DNA of 64,000 nt from SAR202 cluster bacterium (lineage in GTDB: Bacteria > Chloroflexota > Dehalococcoidia > Lucifugimonadales > VGZY01): the NCBI GenBank assembly GCA_016872355.1, contig VGZY01000007.1, forward strand, positions 4,216 to 68,215, read 5' to 3'. The notes under the pieces were generated by a model. The model was not told the DNA's origin, made no database searches, and was given only the letters and a program-made list of their open reading frames with translations. Position 1 is the stretch's first letter, and each line of letters opens with the position of its first letter. Below are positions 30,110 to 39,090 of this stretch, in pieces. The position numbers and the translations under genes were made by a program.

Positions 30110-31235
30110 ACTCGGCCAACTTCGGAATCGCCTTACAGGCCAAATCGAAGTAATGTGGGTCCTTCTCAATGCCGATACTCGCATAACCTACTGCTTCAGC
30201 AGCGGCGAGCGTCGAACCAGATCCGGAAAAAGGGTCGACGATTACTCCCCTGCCAAGGGGAAGCGCGGACCTCACTACCTGCCGGAGGAAAGCCTGAGGT
30301 TTGAGACTGGGGTGTGGCGCAATCGCTCTTTCTCGCTTTCTGGTGGGTGCAGACGCAATGACGTCACCGAAAGGCCGATCGGCAGACGGCCGCCTCAGCC
30401 CACCCGTGCCCCATTTGCGAAGATTGTCTTGAACACGTCCTTCGATAGGTTTGCGGAACACTAACCACGGCTCCCACATCGACCTTGGCATCACGCTAAC
30501 CCCGCTAAACTCCTCATGGGCGTGCTTCGGCCTGTCACCGCCTCGCATCGTCATTGTCAGCCGCACAATTTCGCCGCGCCGCTCCAGTCCCGCCCTGTAC
30601 AGGGCAGAGGCAACGATAAAGGAAAGCAGCGGATTAGAAGCAACGAAAACGTGGGCCCCCGGAACCAGCTTGGGCAAAAGCAGGCGACCCCATACGAAGA
30701 AATAAGAGTGGAGTTGTTCGAGTTGTTCTGCGGTAAGCGTGGTAAATCTCGGCAGTGGCGAGCGGACATGTCCATCAAACGACGGGGGAATTCGCCAAAC
30801 CCCTCCTCGCCCCGCTCGAAGCTTCTGTTGCTGCTCAGGGGCGTACTCGTGAAGCCCGTACGGCGGATCGGTGACCACCGCCTGAAGGCTATTGGCACTT
30901 TGCCTTTCAATCCAATCAATGCAGTCAGTCTGGATGAGAGTCGCTCTACCGTATCGAAAAGTCCTCTCTTCCGGGACGGCTACAGCCATCTCCCGTTGTA
31001 TCCCAGATGTGGGCTCAGTATTGAGCCTGTAGACCCCGCGGGACTCTCGAACGAATGTCGCCGGAGTGTTTAGTCTGAGATACGAACGAATCGACGAAGA
31101 CGGCGTGGGTCCGGCAATCTCCTCCACCCTTGTCTCGATCTCTTTGATGGTCATTGGACGCGCCGTCAGCGACATTGCAGTCACAACAGCATCCCTAACG
31201 TGACCAGGCGAATATCTATGCGCAATGTTCTCCAT
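30099..31235 (-). CDS. Beta-class amino (N6-A/N4-C) DNA methyltransferase with N-terminal HTH-like extension
   Basis: TDPPY precedes HPSLKP and DPFSGSGST; N-terminal PMTIKEI...SSIRSYLR..F.R..RGVY.L resembles a winged HTH. Confidence 0.9.
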   Translation of the reverse strand: MENIAHRYSPGHVRDAVVTAMSLTARPMTIKEIETRVEEIAGPTPSSSIRSYLRLNTPATFVRESRGVYRLNTEPTSGIQREMAVAVPEERTFRYGRATLIQTDCIDWIERQSANSLQAVVTDPPYGLHEYAPEQQQKLRAGRGGVWRIPPSFDGHVRSPLPRFTTLTAEQLEQLHSYFFVWGRLLLPKLVPGAHVFVASNPLLSFIVASALYRAGLERRGEIVRLTMTMRGGDRPKHAHEEFSGVSVMPRSMWEPWLVFRKPIEGRVQDNLRKWGTGGLRRPSADRPFGDVIASAPTRKRERAIAPHPSLKPQAFLRQVVRSALPLGRGVIVDPFSGSGSTLAAAEAVGYASIGIEKDPHYFDLACKAIPKLAEFKP

Positions 31236-31243
31236 GGCGTGCA

Positions 31244-31272
31244 ATATTAGACGTCCAGACGTCAAAAGTCAA
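31244..31272 (-). promoter_or_regulatory. Methyltransferase promoter with two GACGTC sites in the spacer
   Basis: Minus strand TTGACT - 17 nt - TAATAT, ending 8 nt before the ATG; GACGTC at 31250-31255 and 31258-31263. Confidence 0.6.
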
Positions 31273-31377
31273 TCGCACGAGAACACCTAACGCCTAGTCC
31301 CCTGCTACCGCGACATCCCGCGCCACGTCGGTTACGATGGAGGTGGGGTACCGCAACGCAATCTCAGGGAGGGGACG

Positions 31378-31626
31378 ATGACAACCATGATGCGGACGTG
31401 CGAGGTTTGCGGGAACGAGTACGATAAGATCTTCAGGATAGTGACGGCCGACGGCAAGGCGCACACGTTCGATAGCTTTGAGTGCGCCATCCACGCTGTT
31501 GCCCCGGTTTGCAAGCACTGCGGCTGCAAGATCGTCGGCCACGGCGTTGAGGCGGAAGGCGCCATTTTCTGCTGCGCAAGCTGCGCGAGGATGGTAGGAG
31601 TGGTTGGGGTGGGCGACCGCGCCTGA
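31378..31626 (+). CDS. Small Cys-rich metallothionein-like protein
   Basis: CEVCGN.YDK, FDSFECAI, CKHCGC, FCCASCA; GGAGGGG RBS. Confidence 0.8.
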   Translation: MTTMMRTCEVCGNEYDKIFRIVTADGKAHTFDSFECAIHAVAPVCKHCGCKIVGHGVEAEGAIFCCASCARMVGVVGVGDRA

Positions 31627-31641
31627 CCGGCGGAGAGACCG

Positions 31642-31866
31642 CTAGCGCTGCCGCTTCTTCAGTCGGTTGTGGATCAGCGATCCTACGACTATCGCAATCA
31701 GCGCAATCACACCGCGTATGACCAGGTCTTGCCCTCTCGTCACGTCCATTGAATCGGCGTAGGCCAGGTACGGGACCAGCAGCGCCCCGCCGACGACAAG
31801 GGCCACTATCAACCCGGTCAGCCAGGTGCGCAGGCCGGCGTTATCAGGACGCGTGTCTTTCTCCAT
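31642..31866 (-). CDS. Small two-TM membrane protein
   Basis: Strong AGGAGGAGG RBS, two hydrophobic helices, basic C-terminus. Confidence 0.6.
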   Translation of the reverse strand: MEKDTRPDNAGLRTWLTGLIVALVVGGALLVPYLAYADSMDVTRGQDLVIRGVIALIAIVVGSLIHNRLKKRQR

Positions 31867-31895
31867 AGTGCCCTCCTCCTCTCACGTACCTGCAG

Positions 31896-32115
31896 TCAGA
31901 GGCTCTGCCGCCTGAACGACAGCCACGACGCCCACACGCACGCGACGACCATCAAAACAGAAACGGCCAGCGGCCCGGCCAGCCCAGTCGCCCCCTGCCC
32001 CAGCGCAAGCGCCTTGCCTGCGGTGAACATGCCTGACGGGGTGAACGGCGTGATGTCCGGGAAGATTGAGAATACAGTGTTCAGGACCCATGCGCCAAGC
32101 CCCACACCCGCGGGA
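31896..32115 (-). pseudogene. 3' remnant of an ABC-2 permease
   Basis: TM helices ending in SFRRQSL (typical ABC-2 C-terminus); 5' end cut exactly at the element edge 32116. Confidence 0.7.
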
Positions 32116-32229
32116 TGTCTTTGCTCAGTGATATTGTCAGTAGGTAACTGCTCAGTGAATATGTCAGTCCATGAGAGGACTACATTTGACCGAGCAGTTA
32201 CCTACTGACAATATCACTGAGCAAAGACA
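32116..32229. mobile_element. 114-bp non-autonomous element (MITE) with perfect 38-bp TGT...ACA terminal inverted repeats
   Basis: 32116-32153 is the exact reverse complement of 32192-32229; internal repeated TGCTCAGTGA..TGTCAGT sites; no target duplication. Confidence 0.8.
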
Positions 32230-32488
32230 GCTGGTCCAGATAGGCTATGCGCCTCCTGACCTCGTTACCTGCCCGCTCGATGTCATAGCCCAGCACTTCT
32301 CCTGTCCCGGCGGTCGGGCTGTCCAGGCCGGCAAGGAGCCGTATCGTCGTTGTCTTCCCCGCGCCGTTCGGCCCGAGGAAGCCGAAGATGACCCCGGGCT
32401 GGACGGCAAGATCTAACCCGTCCAGCGCCGTCACTTCTCCGAACCGGCGCGTGAGTCCACGGCAGACTACCGCTGCCCTGTCGCTCAT
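32230..32488 (-). pseudogene. 5' remnant of an ABC transporter ATP-binding protein
   Basis: Walker A GPNGAGKTT; homology ends at the Q-loop (YLDQ) where the element begins; no signature motif or Walker B. Confidence 0.85.
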
Positions 32489-32685
32489 GCCTCCTCCCGC
32501 CCGAACACCAGGTATGCGACAGGGCCTATCAGGTTGACCACCACAATGATTACGCCCCAGAGGACCTTGTTCCCGCCTTTCACCCTTCGCTCAGGTTTCA
32601 ACAGGTCCTTCAGGGCAAAGGCCAGCAGCGTTACCTGGATGATCAAGACGGAGATCAGCAGCGGGAGGATCTCGGAGAAATCCAT
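32485..32685 (-). CDS. PLD nuclease N-terminal domain (PLDc_N) small membrane protein
   Basis: ALKDL...VKGGNK.LW...NLIGP.AYL.FGR; coupled to the ABC ATPase start. Confidence 0.85.
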   Translation of the reverse strand: MDFSEILPLLISVLIIQVTLLAFALKDLLKPERRVKGGNKVLWGVIIVVVNLIGPVAYLVFGREEA

Positions 32686-32765
32686 ACGGCCTCCAGGACC
32701 TCGATGAGATTGTAGCTTGACTATCTCACAAACCGGCATTGCTGCACCAGACCGCTGTTCTACGA

Positions 32766-32802
32766 ACAAAAAGAAAAGGCCCCGGCTTTTTGGCCGGGAC
32801 CT
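32766..32802 (-). terminator. Terminator after secG
   Basis: CCCGGC..GCCGGG hairpin followed by a T tract on the minus strand. Confidence 0.55.
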
Positions 32803-32829
32803 GCAATTGAAATCCGTGTTTGCCGGGTG

Positions 32830-33060
32830 CTAGAACACCTTCACGCTGGCTATAGAAGTTGCGACGAAGGCGATCACAAGCACAATTGTGAAGTTGAACA
32901 TCGTCTTCTCGATGCCGCGCCTGGTGCGGTACGAACCGTCGCCGCCTCCGAAAAGGCCGCCCCCCTGGCCTCGCACCTGCAACAGCACCACGGCAATTAG
33001 CACCAGCGCCAGCAGGATCTGAAGCACCAGGATGATCGTTCTCGTTAATTCGCTATCCAT
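32830..33060 (-). CDS. secG: Preprotein translocase subunit SecG
   Basis: VLLQ.RG.G.GLFGG...YRTRRG.EK..F..T. Confidence 0.92.
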   Translation of the reverse strand: MDSELTRTIILVLQILLALVLIAVVLLQVRGQGGGLFGGGDGSYRTRRGIEKTMFNFTIVLVIAFVATSIASVKVF

Positions 33061-33184
33061 ATCAACCCCATTCCAGGATCGCGCAGGGGCATCTCAAGAT
33101 GGCGCGCCGGCGCGGCAAAGGGAAATTCGCTGAGATATTATCAGGCCAATGCGGGGGAAAATGCAATCGAAAGCAGGTGACCGG

Positions 33185-34555
33185 CTATCGCTTCGCCTCG
33201 GCGAGCTCGCGCGTTTTGGCTGCTGCGGCTTGTGCGGCCGCGCGGGTAGATACGACGTCGATGTGTTTCCCCGTGTACACGTCCATGATCGCCTGCGCCA
33301 GCTTGGTGGAGTCGTGGCGCACCGGGTGGGTGGCATCCACCAGGTCGCTTGCCACCACGCGGACGTGCTTCAGAGAGCGTCCATCGTTCGTCACGGGCTG
33401 GCCGAGGAATTGCTGGCCAAGCTCTACCTGCCGGTTATTGGCGATAACGAAATCGACGACCGCAGGGAAGGTGTGCGCCTGCAGCGCCTCCACATGGTCC
33501 GCGACCGAGTAGCCGAATGTCTCGCCCTTTTGAGTTGCTACGTTGCAAACGTAGACCTTCTTGGCGCGGGAGTGCTGTATCGCTCTGCAGATTTCCGGGA
33601 CGAGGAGGTTGGGCAGAATGCTGGTGTACAGGCTGCCGGGCCCCACCACGATAAGCTGCGCCTCTTCGATCGCCCTCAGCGCCTCCAGGTGCGGCTCAGG
33701 GTTCTGCGGGTTGATCATGATACGCTCGATCGCGCCGTCGCTGGAGCCTATCTTCGATTCGCCGTGCAGGATGGATCCGTCCCGCATGCGGGCGGAAAGG
33801 CTCAGGTTCGCCATCGTGGCCGGCATAATCTTGCCGCGAACGGCCAGCACGCGACTGGACTCTATCAGCGCCTGTTCAAAGCTGCCGGTAATATTCGTCA
33901 TCGCCGCAATGAACAGGTTGCCGAAGCTGTGACCCTCAAGCCCCTGGCCCTGCGAGAAGCGGTACTGGAACAGCTCCCGGAGCAGCGTCTCATCGTCGGA
34001 GAGGGCCACCAGGCAGTTGCGGAAATCGCCCGGAGGCAGCACGCCCAGCTCGCGACGCAGCCGCCCTGAAGAGCCTCCGTCGTCCGCCACAGTCACAATC
34101 GCCGAAATATTCTCCGAATATGCTTTGAGACCGCGGAGCAGTACCGATAGGCCAGTCCCGCCGCCGATCGCGGCGATTCTCGCACCGCGCCCGCGGAAAC
34201 GGCGCGTGTACAGGGTGTCTGTCAGTACCTCAATGCTTTTGGAAGCGAAAAGGAGCGGCCCCGCGGACCAGTAAAGCCCGTAAAGGGCGGCGAGCACGAG
34301 CACCACGCCGAGGAGGCCGACGACCATCCCTTCGGAGTACCAGGGGAGTACGTCCGGCAGTCGTATGGCCAGCACGTTCTTCAAGACCACAGCGAGCCCG
34401 ACGGAGCACACGGCGACGCCGATACTGCCGATGAGCAGCCATCGCTTTACGCCCAGGCCTACGTACAGGAACTTCATGAGCGCAGACTTACCGGCGCCTC
34501 GAGATGAGCCGCCCTTGCTGTGTCCGTTAGTCCCGCCGTTTAGATAGCCTTCCAT
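33185..34555 (-). CDS. yvcK: YvcK/GlmR (UPF0052) family protein with N-terminal TM domain
   Basis: GGGTGLS.LLRGLK, VADDGGSSG, PPGD.RN, GHSFGNL, GPGSLYTSI, RHD. Confidence 0.92.
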   Translation of the reverse strand: MEGYLNGGTNGHSKGGSSRGAGKSALMKFLYVGLGVKRWLLIGSIGVAVCSVGLAVVLKNVLAIRLPDVLPWYSEGMVVGLLGVVLVLAALYGLYWSAGPLLFASKSIEVLTDTLYTRRFRGRGARIAAIGGGTGLSVLLRGLKAYSENISAIVTVADDGGSSGRLRRELGVLPPGDFRNCLVALSDDETLLRELFQYRFSQGQGLEGHSFGNLFIAAMTNITGSFEQALIESSRVLAVRGKIMPATMANLSLSARMRDGSILHGESKIGSSDGAIERIMINPQNPEPHLEALRAIEEAQLIVVGPGSLYTSILPNLLVPEICRAIQHSRAKKVYVCNVATQKGETFGYSVADHVEALQAHTFPAVVDFVIANNRQVELGQQFLGQPVTNDGRSLKHVRVVASDLVDATHPVRHDSTKLAQAIMDVYTGKHIDVVSTRAAAQAAAAKTRELAEAKR

Positions 34556-34561
34556 ACTCAC

Positions 34562-36052
34562 CTACTTCAGGGCGTCCAGCTTGTCCTTGAGCACCGTAGT
34601 AACAACCTGAGGGTTGGCCTTACCCTTCGTGACCTTCATCACCTGCCCGACGAGGAAGCGGATGGCCGTATCCTTCCCCTTGCGATAGTCCTCGACTGCT
34701 TTCGCGTTCGCGGCAATCGCCTCGTCGGCCGCCTTCGATACCGCGCCGGCGTCGGTGATCTGCACCATGCCGGACGCCTCTGCGATCTGCTTCGGCGATT
34801 TGCCGGAGTTGAACATCTCCTCGAACACAGTCTTCGCCATGCTGGTGTTCAGCGTACCGGCCTCGATCATGTCCAGGAGATCGATAACATGCTCCGGCCC
34901 GATCTTTATCGAGCCGATGTCCTGTCCCGTTGCGTTCAGGAGCCTTGTCAGCTCACCCAGCATCCAGTTGCTGACCGCCTTGGCGGTCTGGCGGTAGGCC
35001 TCTCCGGTCAAAGGCCGTACCTTGAGCACTGTCTCAAAATAGTCCGCGGTCGGCCGCGATACCGTCAGGAGCCTCGCATCGTACGCAGAAAGACCGTACT
35101 GCGACTCGAAACGCTCCTGCTTCGCCTGCGGCAGCTCCGGCAGAGTAGCCTTCACACGGTCTACCCACGCGGCCTCTATGAACAGGGGAGGCAGGTCCGG
35201 CTCCGGGAAGTAGCGGTAGTCGTGAGCGGCCTCTTTTGACCGCTGGGACACCGTTATCCCCTTGTCGTCAACCCACCCGCGCGTCTCCTGGGCAATCCGC
35301 TCGCCCGCCCACGCCAGTTTCATCTGCCGTTCAGCCTCGTACCCCAGCGCGTTGAACACGGAGCGGAAGCTGTTCATATTCTTGACTTCGACCTTGTTGC
35401 CGAACTTCGGCGAGCCCTTCGGCCTGATGCTTATGTTCGCATCGCACCGGAAGCTGCCTTCCTCCATGTTGCCTGTGCTGACGCCGATGTACCTGAGAAT
35501 CGTGTGGAGGGTCGTCAGGTAGGCCTTGGCCTCTTCTGCCGTCCTCATGTCCGGCTCACTGACTATCTCCATCAGCGGCACGCCGGACCGGTTGATGTCC
35601 ATCAGGCTGTAGCCTTCGCCGTCGGCCCCGCCCTGGTGCATCAGCTTCGCCACGTCCTCTTCCAGGTGGACGCGCGTGACGCCGATTCTCTTATCCTGCC
35701 CTCCAGCCTCTACAGTCAGGTTGCCGCCCAGTGCGATCGGCAGGTCGTACTGAGAAATCTGGTACCCCTTCATCAGGTCCGGGTACGGGTAATTCTTCCT
35801 GTCAAACTTCGTGTACCTACTGATACTGCAGTTGAGGGCCAGCCCCGTGGCTATCACCAGCTCAACAGCTTTCTCGTTGATGACCGGCAGCACGCCGGGC
35901 ATCCCCATGCAGACCGGGCACACCCTTGTGTTCGGCGGCGCATCCTGGTAGTCGGAAGCGCAGGAACAGAACATTTTGCTCTTTGTAAGTAGCTGGCTGT
36001 GTACTTCCAGCCCAATAACCAGCTCGTAATCCGTAGCTGTCACCATCATCAT
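34562..36052 (-). CDS. gatB: Asp/Glu-tRNA amidotransferase subunit B
   Basis: [43 protein letters not shown]. Confidence 0.98.
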   Translation of the reverse strand: MMMVTATDYELVIGLEVHSQLLTKSKMFCSCASDYQDAPPNTRVCPVCMGMPGVLPVINEKAVELVIATGLALNCSISRYTKFDRKNYPYPDLMKGYQISQYDLPIALGGNLTVEAGGQDKRIGVTRVHLEEDVAKLMHQGGADGEGYSLMDINRSGVPLMEIVSEPDMRTAEEAKAYLTTLHTILRYIGVSTGNMEEGSFRCDANISIRPKGSPKFGNKVEVKNMNSFRSVFNALGYEAERQMKLAWAGERIAQETRGWVDDKGITVSQRSKEAAHDYRYFPEPDLPPLFIEAAWVDRVKATLPELPQAKQERFESQYGLSAYDARLLTVSRPTADYFETVLKVRPLTGEAYRQTAKAVSNWMLGELTRLLNATGQDIGSIKIGPEHVIDLLDMIEAGTLNTSMAKTVFEEMFNSGKSPKQIAEASGMVQITDAGAVSKAADEAIAANAKAVEDYRKGKDTAIRFLVGQVMKVTKGKANPQVVTTVLKDKLDALK

Positions 36053-36107
36053 TTACCACTTCAAATAGAATTTCTAGGCCCTTGGCACTAGTCGTTTTGA
36101 TGGAACG

Positions 36108-36779
36108 TCAGGATTCCTGCGCGCTGCCCTCGTCCGGCCATGCGTCCTTGCCAATCAACGGCACGAACCTGCATTCTCCAAGCCCCACGACCGAATATGC
36201 TTCTCGTGACCTTGTTACCTTCATCAGCTCCTGGGACTTCGACGAGCCGACAGGCATCACAAGCCGACCGCCGACGGCAAGCTGGTCCATGAGCCCTCGC
36301 ATCAGCTTCGGCGCACCCGCCGCGACCACAATGCAGTCATACGGCGCGTCCTCAGACCGTCCCACAATTTCGCCTGCCGGCTCGACGCGGACGCTGGAGT
36401 AACCCAGCCGGGCAAGCGTGGCGCGGGCTGTCTCGGCCAGCGCCGGGACCCTCTCGACTGTGATGACCTCTCCTGCCAGCTCAGCCAGCAGAGAGGCCTG
36501 ATACCCACTGCCTGTGCCCACCTCGAGCACCCGGTCGGTGCGTCGCACTTCAAGCGCCTGGAGCATGATCGCCACCATGTACGGTTGCGAGATCGTTTGC
36601 CCGTAGCCGATCGGAAGGGGGGAATCTTCGTACGCCATGTGCCGGTATTCCTCCGGCACGAAAAACTCCCTGGGAACCCGGGTCATAGCCTCGATCACCC
36701 TCTTGTCCGCGATGGCCCTGTCCAGGGCCTCAAGCAAGAGCTTGCGGGCGTCTTCCACGGGATACCCCCCTTTTGCCAT
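36108..36779 (-). CDS. pcm: Protein-L-isoaspartate O-methyltransferase
   Basis: VPRE.FVP, GQTISQP, VLEVGTGSGY, APYD.I, FVPL. Confidence 0.95.
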   Translation of the reverse strand: MAKGGYPVEDARKLLLEALDRAIADKRVIEAMTRVPREFFVPEEYRHMAYEDSPLPIGYGQTISQPYMVAIMLQALEVRRTDRVLEVGTGSGYQASLLAELAGEVITVERVPALAETARATLARLGYSSVRVEPAGEIVGRSEDAPYDCIVVAAGAPKLMRGLMDQLAVGGRLVMPVGSSKSQELMKVTRSREAYSVVGLGECRFVPLIGKDAWPDEGSAQES

Positions 36780-36916
36780 CCACCACTATAACACAGTAGC
36801 TATACGACTACAACGCGTTTTGGGTTATTATGTTAAATATACGTGCCCGTTTCGTTGACTGTAGATATGGGCGCTGTTAACCTTGAATCCATCGTAACGC
36901 AATCTGAGGTCGCCGA

Positions 36917-37621
36917 ATGCCCGCATACTATCCCGTATACCTGGACGTAAGAGACCGTCGTTGCGTCGTATTCGGGGGAGGGCACGTAGGAGAGGACAAG
37001 GTCCTCAAGCTGCTCGAGTATGGCGCACAGGTGGACGTAATCTCCCAGGAGGTAACCACCCCTGTCGCCGAGCGCGTGGACGGCAAGCGCCTCCGGTGGA
37101 TAGAGCGCAAGTACCGGCCCGGCGACCTTGAAGGCGCGTTGATTGCGATCGTCGCAGATACAAGGGACAATGCGATGAACGCCGCGGTGAGCGAAGAAGC
37201 AAAGCAGCGCAACGTCCCCCTCAACGTCGCGGACGTTACCCACCTGTGCACCTGGATAGCCCCGGCCGTCGTCAAGCGCGGCGAGGTCATTGTTGCCGTC
37301 TCCACGGGCGGCGCGAGCCCGGCGCTGGCACGAAAGTTCAGGGAAGAGCTCACCGGCGTGAGCAGGCTCAAAACTGCCCGCCACATTATGGACCTCGCGG
37401 ACCTTGCGCCGCTCCTGGCTGACGCCCGGTCGGAGCTGGCGCGCAAGGGCATCAAGCTCCTGACGGACCACTGGCAGGCGTGCCTCACGGACAACCTTAT
37501 CGAAATGGTCCAGTCCGGCCGGTACGCCGAGGCGCGCGCCATCCTCATGGAGAAGCTCTTGCAGGGCGCTGTGTGCGACTGCACGGAGAACAAATGCAAG
37601 ATGTGGGAAGCCCTCAAATGA
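36917..37621 (+). CDS. Precorrin-2 dehydrogenase / sirohydrochlorin ferrochelatase (SirC/Met8, CysG N-terminal-like)
   Basis: YYPV.LD, VVFGGG.V, NVAD, AVSTGGASPALA. Confidence 0.88.
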   Translation: MPAYYPVYLDVRDRRCVVFGGGHVGEDKVLKLLEYGAQVDVISQEVTTPVAERVDGKRLRWIERKYRPGDLEGALIAIVADTRDNAMNAAVSEEAKQRNVPLNVADVTHLCTWIAPAVVKRGEVIVAVSTGGASPALARKFREELTGVSRLKTARHIMDLADLAPLLADARSELARKGIKLLTDHWQACLTDNLIEMVQSGRYAEARAILMEKLLQGAVCDCTENKCKMWEALK

Positions 37622-38532
37622 GCTCCAGGACCACCATAAGGGTCGGGGCGCGTCCCAGTCCCCTCTCGCTGGCCCAGACGGAAGAGGTGCTGGCCCTGCT
37701 TCGCGCCGCTTACCCCGATTGCGAGTTCGTCGTCGTCCCAATCTCCACTCAGGGCGACCGCGAGAAGGACGCCCCCCTACTCAGCCTCGGCCGCGGCATG
37801 TTCGTGAAAGACATTGAGCGCGCCCTCGAGGCCCGCGAGATAGACGTCGCAGTCCACAGCGCCAAGGACCTGGCGCCGGAAATCCCTGCGGGCATGGGCG
37901 TCACGTCCGTGGGCAAGCGTGGCGACCCGAGGGACGTGCTGATCAACAAGTGGCGTCTCAAACTCCTGGAACTCCCGCCGGGCGCCCGTATAGGGACCAG
38001 CAGCCCGCGACGGATGGCCCAGATTCGTATCAAGAGGCCGGACCTGACCCTGCTCGAAATCAGGGGCAACGTTGGCACGCGCATAGAGAAGTCCGGGGGG
38101 GATGACTACGACGGAGTCGTGCTCGCTGCAGCAGGGCTAGCGCGACTGGGAAGAAACTCCGAGATCACGGAGTATTTCGAAGCGGACTTCTTCACGCCTG
38201 ACTCGGGCCAGGGCATCCTGGCCGCCGAGGCGCGGGCAGACGACACGGCGATTCTGGACATGCTGAACAAGGTCCAGCACGGCCCCACGGCAAACGCGTT
38301 TGCAGCGGAGCGAAGCTTCCTGGGCGCCCTCGGCGGAGGCTGCAAGGTCCCCGTTGCCGCTCACGCCCGCCAGGAAGGCTCAATGGTCCACATATCCGCC
38401 ATGGCAGCCCTGCCAGACGGCTCGCGCATCTTCCGCGCGCGTATCCGCTGGAGCGCCCGGGATGCCGCCAACGGCGGCCGTCGCATCGCCGAAGACCTCC
38501 TGAACAACGGCGCAAAAGAGATCCTCTCCTAA
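37618..38532 (+). CDS. hemC: Hydroxymethylbilane synthase
   Basis: R.S.L...Q, TQGD, AVHSAKD, GTSSPRR, RGNVGTR, GGCKVP. Confidence 0.96.
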   Translation: MSSRTTIRVGARPSPLSLAQTEEVLALLRAAYPDCEFVVVPISTQGDREKDAPLLSLGRGMFVKDIERALEAREIDVAVHSAKDLAPEIPAGMGVTSVGKRGDPRDVLINKWRLKLLELPPGARIGTSSPRRMAQIRIKRPDLTLLEIRGNVGTRIEKSGGDDYDGVVLAAAGLARLGRNSEITEYFEADFFTPDSGQGILAAEARADDTAILDMLNKVQHGPTANAFAAERSFLGALGGGCKVPVAAHARQEGSMVHISAMAALPDGSRIFRARIRWSARDAANGGRRIAEDLLNNGAKEILS

Positions 38533-38990
38533 GCCGCGCCCGTCTTCACCCCCCTGTCTATCTCCACACGGCCGCTCCTTGAAGTCACGCAGCTACCGTC
38601 CGGTATGTAGAGTGTCCACTGCGGGTGCCTTTCCAATAGCGTAAAAGCCGTGACCCAGACTCCGCCGGACGGCGCGATAACCAGCTCCGGCAGCCTGCCC
38701 TGCACCTCCACTCCCTCTACCTTCAGCCCCACGAGCGACCCTATGCCGTTCCGTATTCGCTGTTCGCCGCTCGCGCTGCTGAAGGCTATTGTCCTTCCCT
38801 CCTCAACCCGCCATTCGCCCTCCAGCATCGCCGTGCCGTCGCCCTTCGATACGCCGGGCTTCCGCGACCGGGGCCGGCCAAACTCAAGTATTATTGCCGT
38901 TCCGAGACCGCGCCAGGCGTGTAGCACAGGCCTGCCCACCATACCTGCGGCGAGGGAATGAAACTCATCGATCGGCTTCAGCCTGCCCAT
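38529..38990 (-). CDS. Hypothetical protein inserted antisense between hemC and cobA
   Basis: 153-aa ORF with GGAGG RBS; fills the gap; WRG.G.AI.LEFG pattern. Confidence 0.6.
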   Translation of the reverse strand: MGRLKPIDEFHSLAAGMVGRPVLHAWRGLGTAIILEFGRPRSRKPGVSKGDGTAMLEGEWRVEEGRTIAFSSASGEQRIRNGIGSLVGLKVEGVEVQGRLPELVIAPSGGVWVTAFTLLERHPQWTLYIPDGSCVTSRSGRVEIDRGVKTGAA

Positions 38991-39090
38991 TGCGCCCTCC
39001 TGATTTCAATGACGCTTGTAGCACATGCGTACTACCATCGCATGTTCCTTGAGCTAACTCAGGCATGGTGCGGGCTGGTATCATATCCCC

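Noticed and set aside
32116-32229. CRISPR array or integron attC site
   Set aside because: The repeats are inverted rather than regularly spaced direct repeats; no cas or integrase gene; no RYYYAAC/GTTRRRY ends.
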